Of a stretch of DNA of 64,000 nucleotides, positions 10,981-24,330 are shown one piece after another. Made by a program: the position numbers and the translations under genes. Origin of the DNA: Lophium mytilinum (lineage: Eukaryota); the NCBI GenBank assembly GCA_010093605.1, contig MU004181.1:992001-1056000 (forward strand), read 5' to 3'. Every line of letters begins with the position of its first letter. Position 1 is the stretch's first letter. The notes under the pieces are model-generated. The model was not told where the DNA came from. It was given only the letters and a program-made list of their open reading frames with translations, and searched no databases.

Positions 10981-12393
10981 CTATACATCTCTTTCGACCC
11001 GAACGAGGTTCATCAGGTTATTCATCATTGCTGTATCGGGTTTGTTGAATCTTAGCGTAACTTCAACGGCGCTCTGACTGTCCGGGACCGCCGGCGAACA
11101 AGCGTAGCCACTGTTGCCGTTGGCCATTAGTCCGGATGGATAGTTACTTATCGATGGTGAGTTGTCGTACGGCCATCTCGATGGGAAAACTGTTGCAGAA
11201 TATGCTGACTGTGACGAGTTGAGGGAGTCGAATCCGGGCTGGGAGTATCCAGCTACAGTGCCGACACCAGGATAGAGAGACGGATCCGCCATGCTCTCTT
11301 GCCAGGGCCAGCTAGTAACGGCCGCGAAATCGAGCTGTTCGAAGCTGTTGTCTGACGACATGGACGTAAGGCTGCCAAGATCGGACCCATTTGTTGACGC
11401 ACAGACTGACTCTAAGGGCGTCCAGCTCATTGAAGATGAGTCGTCAACGGCCAAGGAGGAGCAGTGATCAAAGTTCGGAGTTCTTGGGGAGCGACCAAAG
11501 CTGACACTGACCCCAGAGTCGTCGTCCAGCCCATCGCTGTCAATGCTTTCGTCCTCGAGATCCTTCTCAAGGCTATCGAGATTTAGAGACCTTCTCTCTC
11601 TGTTGAATAGTTCCAGTCCTTGGTGTTGAGAGCGTCGGAGTAGCACCGTCCAGCGATTCTTGATGCAGTTCTTGGACCGACTGGCGAAATGGGCTTGTTG
11701 GATTTCTTTCCAATGGCGCCCATATCGCTCGACTGCTTTCAGGAGCACGTCATCCTACAGTTCTCGGTGATTAGCTGACATTCGGAGAACCAGACATTGA
11801 TCAGAGGGGAATACCTCTTCTCCCTTCCACTCACTCCGGTCAAGTTCCGGATTCAGGGACTGTTGCCACCGCTTGGCACATTCTAACCACCATCAGCGTG
11901 GAGTCTTTCGAATGATAGAAGAGGACAAGCTTACGGTCTGCACTTCTTGAACCAACAATCTCGGCGACCAAGGTCCACCTGTTCTGGCCATTAGATACTT
12001 GTCCTTGAAGACGAGAATGAGAGCGTGCTTACCGTTGGCCATGTCGTTCGACTCCAGTGGTAAGGAGAGCATCTTCAGTCTTTGCCCACTGGCCCTTCTT
12101 CAGACCCCCGGCGACAGCATTATGCCAACGTTTTCGGCAGTCTTTGTTTGTTCTTCCAGGCAGGTTTGAAGCAACACTGATGGAATTTAGTTTCCGCTTG
12201 TTTATTATTGAGTCCTATTCGACATACCGACACCAATCTTTGACTTCTCCAAGGGTCACTACATCTTCAAGTCAGAACCGTCAAGCAGAGAAAGGGGTTC
12301 TCATATAAGCAAGGCCAACATACACTGCATCGACACCTCCGCCTTGAGAACCTGATCCTCCGCCAACGTCCACTTCCTCGGTTGTCTCGCCAT
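10981..12393 (-). CDS. Myb-like DNA-binding transcription factor (multiple repeats, several short exons)
   Basis: MARQPRKWTLAED start, LPGRTNKDCRKRWHN, KKGQWAKTEDALL, CAKRWQQSLNP and YGRHWKEI...RSKNCIKNRW. Confidence 0.9.
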
Positions 12394-13866
12394 GAATACT
12401 GAAGGAGAAGAAGCACAAAATGTATCCGCAACGCGTATGCTAATGTAAAAGAACAAGAACCCTCGCCTTCTCTACAGCCGTGAAATACGTATAATCTCGC
12501 TAGAACCAACCACAGATCCCTCCCGGCAAACACCAGAATCCTTCGCCATATATACCACCCCTCCGCCCCGAAACGACCCGGCCATGCCCCCCCTTCCAAC
12601 CCAGGAATAGCAACCATAACGCTGACCCAAGTTATCGAACCACTCGCACTGCAATAAGACCGACGCAATCCTAACACTTAGAAACAAACCGGTCGGGCGC
12701 GCGCACCTATCGCTGCCTGGTTTACTTGCAACCTGCACGCTCCGTGGTTGGTGACTGCACCGCTTCTTTCTCTCGGGTGCGGGTTGAGACATGGACATGC
12801 GAGGCATCAGCTGCGGCGACGACACCGCCTTGTCAGCGGAGAACCGTGGGAGAGGGAGGCGCGCCCATTCAGAGGAGGGGGAGTGGCTGGGCAGGACGTG
12901 GGCTAGGGAGCTTGTGGGAGGGGAGAGGGGGTTTGATAGGTGGGGAGGGGGGGATGGGGAGGGTTAGAGGGACACGGGATGCTGTGTGATGGGGTGGTGC
13001 GACGTCGGTGTCTTTGTTGCCATGGCTTCACCGGTTCATGGTGCACGTGGGTGGGTGGGCGAGGGGAGATGATGGGGAGCTTGACTGGAATTGATGGTGA
13101 GAGGAATTGGGAAAGGTGATGGAATGGGGTAATGTGAGAGGTTTGGTAGAGGATGGTGGGTTAATCAAAAGGGCTCCCTATGCTTCTTCCAAACATCAGA
13201 ACCCTTCCACGTGCTAAAAGAAGATCCCAATAACCACCAAAGCAACCTCCGATGCCCATTATCCTCAACCGGCACCCTCAGTGATTGCGGTGAGCCACAT
13301 ATCCCCCCTGCCCTCCCACTTCCGCCCAGATTCGGCATCGCCGTTGCAGAGCCTCCCCCGTACGACCTCTGCCTCCCTCGACCGGCTGCCCCTTCCCATT
13401 CAAGTATAACACCTACCAGCAATTCCTTAACATATTTCGATATACTAATGACGTAAGAACAAGATTATAACTGAACCAGGTACTGAAACACGCCCTCCGT
13501 GCGGACCGGGACCACGTTGCCACGGGCATAAAGAAACCATCAGCGCCGCGCGTGGGCTGCCAGGCTGCGGAGCATCTCCCGCATTCGGAGATAACGCACG
13601 TACCCGAACGTTAGGTAGGACAAGCAGGAGGCTGGCGGTGAGGACGTCGAGACGCGGCCGTTGTGTGTAACAAGTCTCGAATGCGGTGGCACTGTGTATG
13701 CAGCATGCAGCCCTACAAGCCTACTAGGCTTCAGTCACTCGTGCATGAGCACGCTCAATCAATTGCCGAGAAAGGGGTTCAGTAATCAATAACAGAATGT
13801 ACATTCATATTTCGTGGCTTCTTGTCCTTCTTAGTATTTACCGTGGTCAGGTCCCTCCCTCCCTCC

Positions 13867-16284
13867 TCAGCGTGGGCCGTGAGTAGCTGCCTCGTAGTTT
13901 GGTGGAGGCGGACTGACGTCGCGCCAGCTACTTGCTTCTCCCCTCTCGATCCCGCGGCCTCGTGGTGAGGTGGGTGGGCTGATGTCGCCCATGTGCCCTC
14001 CTCCGACTTTCGGGTTCAGCTCCCGCGAGACGTCTCGAGTAAGCAACGAACGCGGCGGGCTGATGTCGCGATACGCTCCGCCTGCAAGATGCTGCTGGGA
14101 CGAGTCGGCTTCGAGCGGCGATACCTGTGGTAGCGGCTGGGGTGCCAGGTAGGCGTTGGTGGCTCTGGGCAGCTCGGGCATCGAGTAGCCGTCTTCTTGC
14201 AGGACCTTGACCTGCGCGCCGCGCCTTCTCCGCCTCCATCTCATGAATGCGAATATGATACCGGCGATAAGTAAGACTAGAGGGGGGGGGTGTGTTAGCT
14301 GACACTCGGATGAGGGGAGGGAGGAGCAAGGTAAAGCATCGAAGGGGAACTCACTACCGCCGATTGTGACGCCGACACCGACTCCTGCCTTTGCGCCTTT
14401 GCTGAGGCCTCCGCCAGATGAACTGTAACCTCCTAGGTACGGCGAAGCGTAATGATTATCAGTACAGTTCATACTACCTTGGATATGGCCGTTATCTTTG
14501 AGTTCCTCGAAGATGCTACAGTCCCCCATGTAATTACTTGAGTTGACTACGACTGAGTGGGTTATGTTGGTCAAAGAGAACATCTCGACGACCGTGAAGC
14601 TCCCATTTAGATAGACGCTGCCGTTGATTGTTTGCAGGCTCCGTAGGCCATCGAAGTCGAAAAGCTCTGTCATGGGTTAGCATAGTCTGGTTGGTAAGAT
14701 GCTGCGTCATCCATGAATATACAGTGTTTTGACTCTGCCTAAAGACACCTAGCAAGTGTACTAATTCTCCAAAGTCATGAACTTTCATCGAAAGTGGACT
14801 TCCGCGACCTCAAGCAGCAGCAGACAAGTGGGTACAGGTCTAAGACAAGAAGTTTGAGATAGATAAAACAACTCACCGGGATTCATCGTGACGTTCAAGG
14901 TCCACCAGGGTAAAGCCTCGGGGTCCCAATCTGCCCCGATACTCTTGAGTTCTGGCATCGAGATGTTGTTGAGAACATTGTTTCCCCAGAAGTTGACGGC
15001 GTGATATCCGGTTTCATTTTTGTCATCCAGGTCGAAGCCCTTAATACCGCCAGATAGGGCGCCGATGCTTCCAAGAGTCGCAAACTCAATTGTTCGTAGT
15101 TCTTCATTGAGGGAAAAGTCTACGCCCTCGCCAATTGCCCCAAGCTTTGGCGCCGTGAAGTGCGTAATGTTCGTTTCCGATATCTCGAGCGTACCGCCAA
15201 CGTATTGTAGTGAAGGGAGGGAAAGAATTGTGAGGTTCCCGTTCTTGGCAAGCCTGAAATCCTTGTCGATGCCCGAAAGCTTTGGTGGACTGAAAGATTT
15301 GATGGTAGTGGCCTCAAGATATACGCCGCCCCCCACTGCACTGAGCGAGCCGACCGTGAAGCTATCATGAACCCGAGTCAAGTTCAAGTCTCCTGCCACG
15401 GACTGAATACCTGACAGATTAAAGGATGCATCGCCAAGGCTAATATTGTGGAGAAAGTCGCCCACGATGAGCAGCGAGAGGAAGCCAAGTTTGTCGTTGC
15501 CCAATATCGTCAGACTTCCTCCTAGAATATGAACCGGGAGGGTGACATTCGTAAGGTTCGTATTGCTGGTTATGTTGAGACCACCGGTGATATTGGACAG
15601 GTTCGGAGCATTGATTCGCTGAAGACGACCTACGCTTCCGACGCTAAAGTCTCCCACCACATTTTTGAGGGCCTCGTCGAAGTTGAGAGTATCGTCGACG
15701 AAGTCTGGGCCGACAGAGATTGTTCCGGTTATAGTCGTACATCCTGAGAACTTGTGCAAATCATCTGAGCTTGAGATCGAATAGCTGGAATTGCCAGGAG
15801 GAGTTGAGACCGTGCAGTCTGTAATATGATGTTAGAACTTGTATGAACTAGAAATTTTGCAAGGCCCTGCTGTATATCTTTGTACACTTGTCTACCGATG
15901 CGTAAAAGGGCATGTCAGTGTACAGAGACCTGAGACAACGCATTGCAGGGCATGCAGCCTCTCATCATGAAGACAGGAGAGAAATTAACGGGAGGCCATA
16001 AAGAACAGCTGAGTAGACCACAGTGAAAGAGTAGACACGTCGGGGTCGGCGTAGTTGGCTTGCTGTCTTCATAGGATTGTTCGAAATGGTAGACTCTGGA
16101 ATCGTCAAGATGTCCCAAAACACTCTGGACCTCAAAAAGCAGTGAATTTGGGGCGTAGATAGACGTATGAGGAAGTATTGAACAGTATGAAAGTATTACC
16201 TTGAGGAGTGGGCGTGCCCTGAGCTGAAGCCTGAGCGAATAGGGTCGCCAAAAAAGCGCCATAGAGTATCGAAAGTGAACCCAT
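13867..16284 (-). CDS. Ecm33/Sps2-like receptor L-domain cell-surface protein with C-terminal TM helix and cytosolic tail
   Basis: Signal-peptide exon MGSLSILYGAFLATLFAQASAQ (16284..16200), 381-nt intron, GCTTITG followed by repeated LxxVGGxLxI units, then GLSKGAKAGVGVGV and a TM helix, ending in PPPNY. Confidence 0.8.
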
Positions 16285-17355
16285 CGTCGCAGCGACATGC
16301 GTGGAAGGTTGGGAGAAACGCTAAAAGGATTGGAGGGGCCAGCCATGTTATGGTATGAGCTTGTCAGCACTCAGCATACCCGCCTGGCATCTGAAGCTAA
16401 GAAAGGAACAGTAACCATGACTACTGGCGATCTTAACACGGCCAGGGTTTTCGGATAGACAAACCGTATAAGAGCTATGTTTGGGCTGCAGAAGTCCAAT
16501 GAGAGGAGCCGCGAAGTGGACCGGTCCGTTTTGGGAGAGAGCACTGCCCGAAGGATTCATAGACAACTATTGGGATTGGTTGGGCGAGGACGATCGGCGA
16601 GGCAGAATTCGAGAGCATAGCCTCGTTCGTTGCATTCACGAGACGGCGGCTCGGTCATCGGAAGCTTACTTGAGGGTTTACTCAAAGATTCGAGAGAGCC
16701 TACGGTCCTACGTTAGTGCCCAATACCTCGATTGGCGATTTAGTAGATGGACGCGCGGAGGCACAAATTGATGTTATTGCTAGAGTCGTAACGGCTTCGT
16801 CGTCAAAATTACTCTTCAACACTGTGAAATTTTCTTTCGTGTCGTCCGAGTCCATATTAGTATCGCAATCAATGCCACGTACTGCTCTAATGGGGTTGTG
16901 TTTGTCTATATGTTTGCATACTCGCTCTACTGGATAAGTTCTTGAAACGAGGCTTAGCTGAAGGTCCCTCCGCATTGGACGCCCTTAATGCGCGATATGA
17001 TCCTGCGCTGAATTGAAATCGGAGGGGATGGCCTGATGGGACGCCTCTGTGAAGTGGCCATGACTGACGGAGTAGATGGACTACATCGTGGTGTGTGGAG
17101 TAGTAATAAAGTGGCAGGGTACTTTATAATGTGTGGCTTGCGCTAACCTAATTCGACCTTGCAAGCACATCAACCGTGTGGAGCAACTTGAACGTGCAAA
17201 TATGTAATTAGTAAGTTGTACAACTAGCATTCGTGTAATAAGTACAATAAGCATGCGGCTGTTGTCTAACGGGCCCAGCCAAAAATGTATTTAGCAATCC
17301 CTCCCGGAAATTCCACTTCAAACGCAGTATTCTAGCAGTCTTAAAAACCACACAA

Positions 17356-19293
17356 TCAATACTTCTTATTCCTCTCAATCTTCGCATATTCCCCCAACGT
17401 TCTCTTGTCTTCGAAAACAATTTCCAGGCTCTCGTCTTTGTTAGCGAGTATCGCCACCGGCTCGCGGAAGATGCCGATTGTCTCAATGCCAGCGCTCGTA
17501 TGGCCATTGGGCGACTTTGAGTTCAGTGCCAGAGCCGTGATTTCGGAGATTGAGTCCCAGCTGTTGGAGCTCACGCCCGACCAGATGCTATAAAGAATGA
17601 ACGAGAGTACAAAGACGCAATAGATAAAAAGAATGCACATGGCGATAATGACCGGAGCCGACTGTGCCGCGTAACCCATGCCCGACCAGCTCATGTCGAC
17701 GGTGAAGTTTGTTAGAGTTGTATTCCCAAAGAAGTCGGTGACAGACGTTGCCATACTCGTCGCAATCAGTCCAGCGATGAGTCCTGGGCCGGTTGTAAAA
17801 CTCGGCCCAAAAAGATCCTGAAATGTGGTCCAATTGAAGGCGAATAATGACGTGGTGTCGGCAGCGCTTGCGAGCTCTACCCATGAGGGATCGATGGAAA
17901 CGATCTCGTCCCAGGATGATGCATTCTGCCATGACGATAATTCTGGATATGCGACAGGAGGTTCACTCCGCGAGTATGTTATCGTTGAGGGAAGCCATGC
18001 AGCTTTTACTGTGCAGTTGACGTAGTAAATGTTCGAATTGACTGGTGACTTCAATACCAAGAACGCAAGTACAGAGAACTCTTCGCGGTATCGCTCTGGA
18101 GGTTTTAACCAGAAAATGCCAGGAACCGAAGCATCTGTAACGTTGAGAGACTCGATTGCTTGGCGGTAAGTGGTATTCGTATGGAAAGGCCCCGTCGAAG
18201 ACTTAAACTCTATGAAATTATCTTCAGCATCCACCGAGCCCGGGTACCAATCTCCGCAGATGGGCGCAACATATGGTGCTTTGGAGAGTAAGGTAGCTGA
18301 AGTGCTAGAACGGGCCAGGTTTGCCAGGGGTCCAGAACCGCCGAGCGCTTCGTAGAGAGCAAACGTGGATGATAACAGCGGGGCCCATGCAATGACACCG
18401 TAACCGGTGCTAAGGTCGACATATGTGACATTGAGGATGCTACTCAGTCCTTGAGAAGTAGTCCTAGGGTTATTCGTCCAGGTGGTATCTGTTATGGCCC
18501 TATAATCACTTGAGGATGTCAGCTAAATATTTGTGGCACAGCAGAGGAAATAGCTTGGGTCGTCTTACGCGCTGCCGTTGTACGATGGCGTTAATTCTTT
18601 GGGAAAAAGGCTAATTTGAGGCAGAGACACGACGGATATTGCCGTGCCTACTGCTATATTTACATGCCGGGGAAGCATCAAAATTGCGCTCGATGGGCCT
18701 ACTGATGCGGCTAACAGAACGCTAAAAACGATAGTCAAGACAAGCAGCAGCTTCCTTTGCGTGGTGAGGTGTCTCGAGGTGAGCGATCCAAGAAGCTCTG
18801 GTGACCATATATAGGAAATGCTGGAGACTTGAAGAGCGGCGAAAAGAGATCCAAAAGGAATAGATCGGCGTTCCACAGCTTCGTAACGAATGTAGGTGAC
18901 CAGAGCGGCGGCAATGGACGCCTGCATCATGATTTCGTGAATTTTAGCCACGAACTGGAGAGTCGCATATCCAGAGTTTTAATCCACGCGTGCAGTCCGG
19001 AGGTTGAAAGAAAGAAGAATAAAACAAGCGGCCACGGGGATGAAGTGCACTAAACAACGGGTGAGGGCGATGGAACGGTCTCGCTGAATTGGTATTTTTC
19101 GATCTTCGGTGCCTCCTCGCCAGGGACTAAGGAGATCGATGATCTGTAATCCAGAGCTCTTGAAGAAGACGGTGGCATGATTTGATGTCCAGCGTCTCCA
19201 GCCTCGGCAAGTGGACGAGGGAGCCGGAGTGGATTCTTTAAGAACATCTGAAGATTCATTAGCCTGGAATGATAGACTCCGAGGGTCGGTCAT
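17356..19293 (-). pseudogene. Multi-pass membrane protein of a fungal hypothetical family, interrupted by an in-frame TAA at 18981..18979
   Basis: The frame reads ...NLRTARVD*NSGYATLQFVAKIHEIMMQAS...AASVGPSSAILMLPR and, after one intron, ...SSNSWDSISEITALALNS. There is no credible intron around the stop. Confidence 0.65.
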
Positions 19294-19724
19294 TTTGGTT
19301 TTGGGATGTCGTATGGTAGTAATTTCCTCAACAGGCAGAAGGGTAAAATATGGCACCGCGGGAGGCTTAGTTTTAAGAAAGCGGGAAAGAGGCTGAGCAA
19401 GTGCTATCCAGAGCCGCAGATGGCTTTCAACCTTGGAAAGTGGGTGTTTGACGAGGCTGGCCAATCGTGGTCATGACTGCACGTGGCTTGCCTAGAGGGG
19501 TCAGATAAGGAAGTCAGGCTGAGAAAAAGATCACGTGCTGGGCCACAGAATCAGCTGTGTCAAAAGCCCTCGAACGTAGGTAGCAATCAAACAACATAAC
19601 TCTCTGTAGCTTGTACTCAACACGAGGCATAAACTCTCCGTGTAACATTATAAGACAAGTCATTGAAGCGAACACGCCGCATTCCCTACCTACCTATCCA
19701 TATATCTGCAACGCTACTCACCCT

Positions 19725-21715
19725 CTACAGCTTCGCCTTACTAATACTCCTATCATCCCAATGCGGCAGCTTCATAGTCCCATGGTCGTTAAGATGCTTA
19801 TGCATATCAAAAGCGTTCCACAGCAAATGCGGCTCATGCCCCCACCCCTTCCTCAAACACTCGAACTCCGCCTTCTCAAAGTAATCTAGGAGGATCGGCT
19901 GGTAGTCAGGATGAGCGCATTTGTTGATGATGACTCGAGCACGCTCGCGTGGGGAGAGCCCCCTGACATCGGCGAGGCCTTGCTCGGTGACGACGACGTC
20001 GAGGTCGTGTTCGGTTTGGTCTACATGCGTACACATGGGTACGATGCAGGAAACGCCGGTGGGATCGGTTTTAGACGGTCGTGTGGAAGGGGTGTGCATG
20101 ATTGAGTATTTTGAGGAACGTAGGAAATCGGCGGAGCCGCCGAGGCCGTTGAGCATTCGGGAGCCCATGACGCAGGTGCTGTTTGCGTGCGCGTAGATGT
20201 CGACTTCGACCGGCTTTGGGCTTGTCAGCATAATTCACTTACTGCTGGTGTTGAGGGATAGACGTACTGTGTTCATCCCGATCACACCGAGCCGACGGAT
20301 GATTTCAGGGGAGTTCGAGACTTGCTGAGACCGGAGTAGGAGCTTTGGTGCATAGTCTTTCCAGCCCTTGTAGAATCGTTCAAAACCGTCCGGCGAGAAT
20401 CGAATACTGGTTGCAGTTGCAAAATCGAGATTGCCGCTGTCAAACAGATCTAGGAACGAATCCTGAAGAACCTCCGTCCAGACTTTCAGGTTCTTGAAGT
20501 TCGCACCACCGGACTAGATTCTGTCAGTGAGTTCCTATCATCTGGCTCGAGGACAGAGTATCTGGCATATTGACTTACTGCAAGCCCGCCGACAACGGCG
20601 TTGGCGATGTTTCCGATTCCCGATTGGATAGGGAGAAGATTCTCCGGTAGTCTTCCATGCTTGACCTCATGTTTCAAGAACTCAATCAGATTCGCAGCAA
20701 TAGCTCGCGAGGTCTCGTCTTCGGGGGCATTCGGTTGCGTTTGATCCGGATAGTCCGATTCCACAATCGCGACGACTCGTTCCGGATCGATGGGAATATG
20801 CGGAGTACCGATGCGATCCTCTGGCGCCATGATCTGAGCGCACAACCATCAGTCCCATCATCTAGTACACCGATGGGATACATACCAAATACGGTTTCCG
20901 GCGCGGTGGCAGATCCGTCATCGTGATGTCGTGTAAGCCTTCGAAGGAGGGAGCGGCCGTATTCACTTCAATGATGATCTGCACCATTCATCAGTCAATC
21001 TTCCATCCAATCTTTCTCAACCTCACCCACCTTATCCGCCATCTGAATCAACTCCGGACTCGCTCCCACACTCGCCCCGGGAATGATCCCGCCATCTTCA
21101 GTAATCGCACTCGCCTCCACGATCGTGACGTCCAGCCTCTGATTCGGCTTATGCATCGTATAGAACCCATACATCAGATCGACCGGAAACATGCTGAGAT
21201 GCTTATCAAAGAACTTGATATTGCCGTTGTTGATGCCTTTCGCGATTTCCTTTCCGACCTGGTGAGGGGACCGCCGCTCAATCATGTTGTTCCGCGCCCA
21301 GCGATTCTCGGTTTCGGCGCCGGAGGACGCACCCACAAAGAGGTTGTATTTGAGTTTGCCTTGGAGGTTATTCTTTTCGACATGGTCGGCGAGGGCGGTG
21401 GGGATCATCTGGAAAGCGGATCAATACGCGCAATGTGAGACGACAGCTCGAGATCAAAGCCCTCTAGAAACCATAGAAGCTTGGAAATGACTAACCTTTG
21501 GGTATCCGACTCCAGTAAACCTTCAAACAACACAGTAAGCCTAGATTCATTGAACATAAAAGCTTCATCGGCTCCCTCGGAAGCTCCAGCACTCACCCAC
21601 TCCAGCCCACATACGCGCCATTCGGAAAGTGATGGATCAGATCCTCCGCCTTTGCAATCTTGTTCAGATAGCTCGGCCGCCTCACACGGCTCTTCAGCAG
21701 CGCAGATGCAGACAT
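19725..21715 (-). CDS. ACH1: Acetyl-CoA hydrolase / succinyl-CoA:acetate CoA-transferase
   Basis: [60 protein letters not shown] and GWGHEPH. Confidence 0.96.
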
Positions 21716-22753
21716 TGTGGGCTCAATTGAAGCTTCTCTACGTTTGAGATCACCCCACCACAGCACAGCTTTGCGGAGCTCTCGCGAAAACCCAAGCGTA
21801 CAGACGACTCGAACAAGAGACCAGTATTAAGAGAGAGAGAGAAGAAACGTAAGGAAAGCTCCCTGGCACCGTCTACGAGCTTGAGAAGAGTGGAGAGGGG
21901 AAGAATTGAAGGATAGAGGTTCAGGTTCAGAAACGCGGATGTTATTCCACGCCCGGTTATTATCCAATGACGCGGGGAGCTTGATTCTAGGTAAGGCCGC
22001 TCCGCTCCGCCTCGGATGACCTTTTTCGACGTGAACCCTTGTATCCCTGTATTACTCGGAGCAAACTCGGTGAGTTGAAACGCTGAATAAATTTCACTGT
22101 ACCTATTTGGTAAGCGGTCGAGTTTTTTATATGTAGGGACATTTCTCCACGCCCAGTGGGTGCGATAACCACACACTCACTTAGGCAGCCAATAAGCATG
22201 TTGAAAGTGCGATCCATTAATCGTTAAATCCATGCGACCGTAGCTACGTCTCTGCGCGTCAACTCGTGCGTGTCTGTTCGTCCTCCGTCTACGCCCAAGA
22301 GGCTGATCCAGACGGCCAAGCTTCCCCCAATTCAAGCATATCCACATATGTACACAAGAAAGCAGCTGTGCAACGCCGTCATGATGGGCCGTGATGCAAG
22401 AAGGAGTCGAAATAACGGTAGAAAAGTAGAAAAGGTCATTATGCGATGTGTGTTGAGGTGCTGATCGGTAAGGGATTGGGGGCACAACCTAGACGCTGGC
22501 TCACGTGATGGTGTTGTAGTCTGGCTCCCCTGTCTCTAATGAGGCCCATGGCACGGATACGGTTGCTGACTCCCAGCCCGCGCACTGAATACTATGGCTA
22601 GCTCTGAACTCCGATGATAGAGACGACGTTATTGAGGTCTCGGTATTTGATTCGATCCAGCCCAGAAGGTTAGGAGTCGGGAGCACATTTCGACAAGGAT
22701 AAAGGGGACGACGTGGACCCTCACGGGCGGGCTCAGTAGTACTTTGGTTGGGG

Positions 22754-24330
22754 TCACCGCTTGTTCGGCGGTTGTACTGGTATCTCATCGTCGCTCTCCC
22801 CTAGACGCGAGTTGTGTGAATAGCCCGCGTTGAATCGCATCTTTTGCACTACGTTGTGGGATCCATTGGCCATAGCCCGAACGTCATCCGGCTCGCTGCT
22901 ACTGCTCCCATTACGGTTCTCGAAAACAACGCGTTTCGCGGCTGGAAACTCGCTCCTGAGTGGACTCGGCTGCGTGTCAGCACTCGTATGAGCAAGGCGA
23001 TTCGAGTTGTTCGGACTGCTCATGAAAAGAAGTGTGTCCACTGCGTCCTTTTCGGCCTGTTGACTAGGCATACGGAGAATCCCTGCTCGAGGGATCGTAG
23101 TCGGGGTACTTGGAGCACCAACATCGCTATAGTACTTCCGCTGGGTAGAGAGCATCGGTGGCACATTAGTGGAATTAGAACGACGATTACGGCGAGACAC
23201 AATGTCTGCTGCTGGTGCTAAAGCGGGTGCGTGAGAAGCGTTACCCCCAGTATACATCAGGCGTGCTTGTGGAAGAGGCTGAGAGGGCCCCAACCGCCAA
23301 CTGGCTGCTGTAGATGTCAGCAAGCGTGTAGTTACATGAATGAAGGGATGCCACATACAAGGTGGTGTCCCGTTGAGGGATCGTGGGATACCATTAGGAC
23401 TAGCCTGGCTAGGCGAGGCCATGTACTGGTCTGACGTCTCAGAAACACCGCTCGGTCTTCGGCGACGCTCTGGAAACCTTGGGGAATCCAGCGATCGCCT
23501 TCCTGGTAGTCCAATAGGCGAGCCTCTCTGCGAAGGAAGTTCCTCGAGCTCATCAATCGTATGTTTCTCCCATCCATTCTGCACCTTAACCATGGCATAA
23601 GACAAGCGAGTCTTGAGTTGGGCGGATAACTGCAGCAAACGCGGTTAGCCGTTGACGTCAATGCACAGGCACCGGAAATCTTAAAAGAACGTACTTCGCC
23701 AATCCTACTCGCATTGGAGTCAGTACTTGTGTTCCTCGAGTGTCCCCCGCGCACTGGAGCACGCATGGGACTGTCCATCGTGCTGTTCGACCCGGCCGAC
23801 TTGACCGTGCCACTGGCAGTTCTCTTCGATGACGGTGCCAAGAATGGAGCATCCATGGACATTGGGCTTGTTGCCGTCGCACTCCCGCTTCCACTGCTGT
23901 TCTGGCGCAAGTCGGTATTCAGTGGCGGGGCGATCGGACGTGATTGCTGCTGCGGGCGCGGTCGAGGCGGCGAGGCAGTCACGGACTGGCTGGAATCGAA
24001 TCCCTGGGACTGACTGGAGGGCTCATTTGAAGATGTCGGAGAGGTGAGTTCGGTGTCGGCGCCGGTGGAGTTTGAGATATTGCTCAAGGACGACAAAAGC
24101 CGTGGGGCACCAAAGCCGCTCGAGGCAGCAGAGACAAACGACTCCTGGGAATTTGGCACGCCATCGCGTCGCGTGGTCGTCGTAATGGTGGACGAGTGCT
24201 GGGGATTGATGGCTTCTGGCAGACGTGTTGGGCGTGCGGGACTCATGCTGAACTCGGCAGGCTTCATCACCCCATGCCGCGGGCTGGCAGTTTCCAGCGG
24301 AGTGACTACCTGGGGCGAAATTGCTTGCAT
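22754..24330 (-). CDS. Whi5/Nrm1-family G1/S transcriptional repressor
   Basis: GTB/Whi5 motif LSAQLKTRLSYAMVKVQNGWEKHTIDELE in an S/P-rich protein with many SP/TP sites. Two introns; start codon uncertain. Confidence 0.85.

Noticed and set aside
15915..15968. ATGATGA...CTGA inside the 381-nt intron (possible C/D snoRNA)
   Set aside because: Only 54 nt long, with no clear C'/D' boxes, terminal stem or recognisable rRNA guide.
18958..18987. Short GT...CAG segment as an intron removing the premature stop
   Set aside because: Too short (about 30 nt), with a poor donor and no branch point, and it would delete the LQ of the LQFVAK motif.
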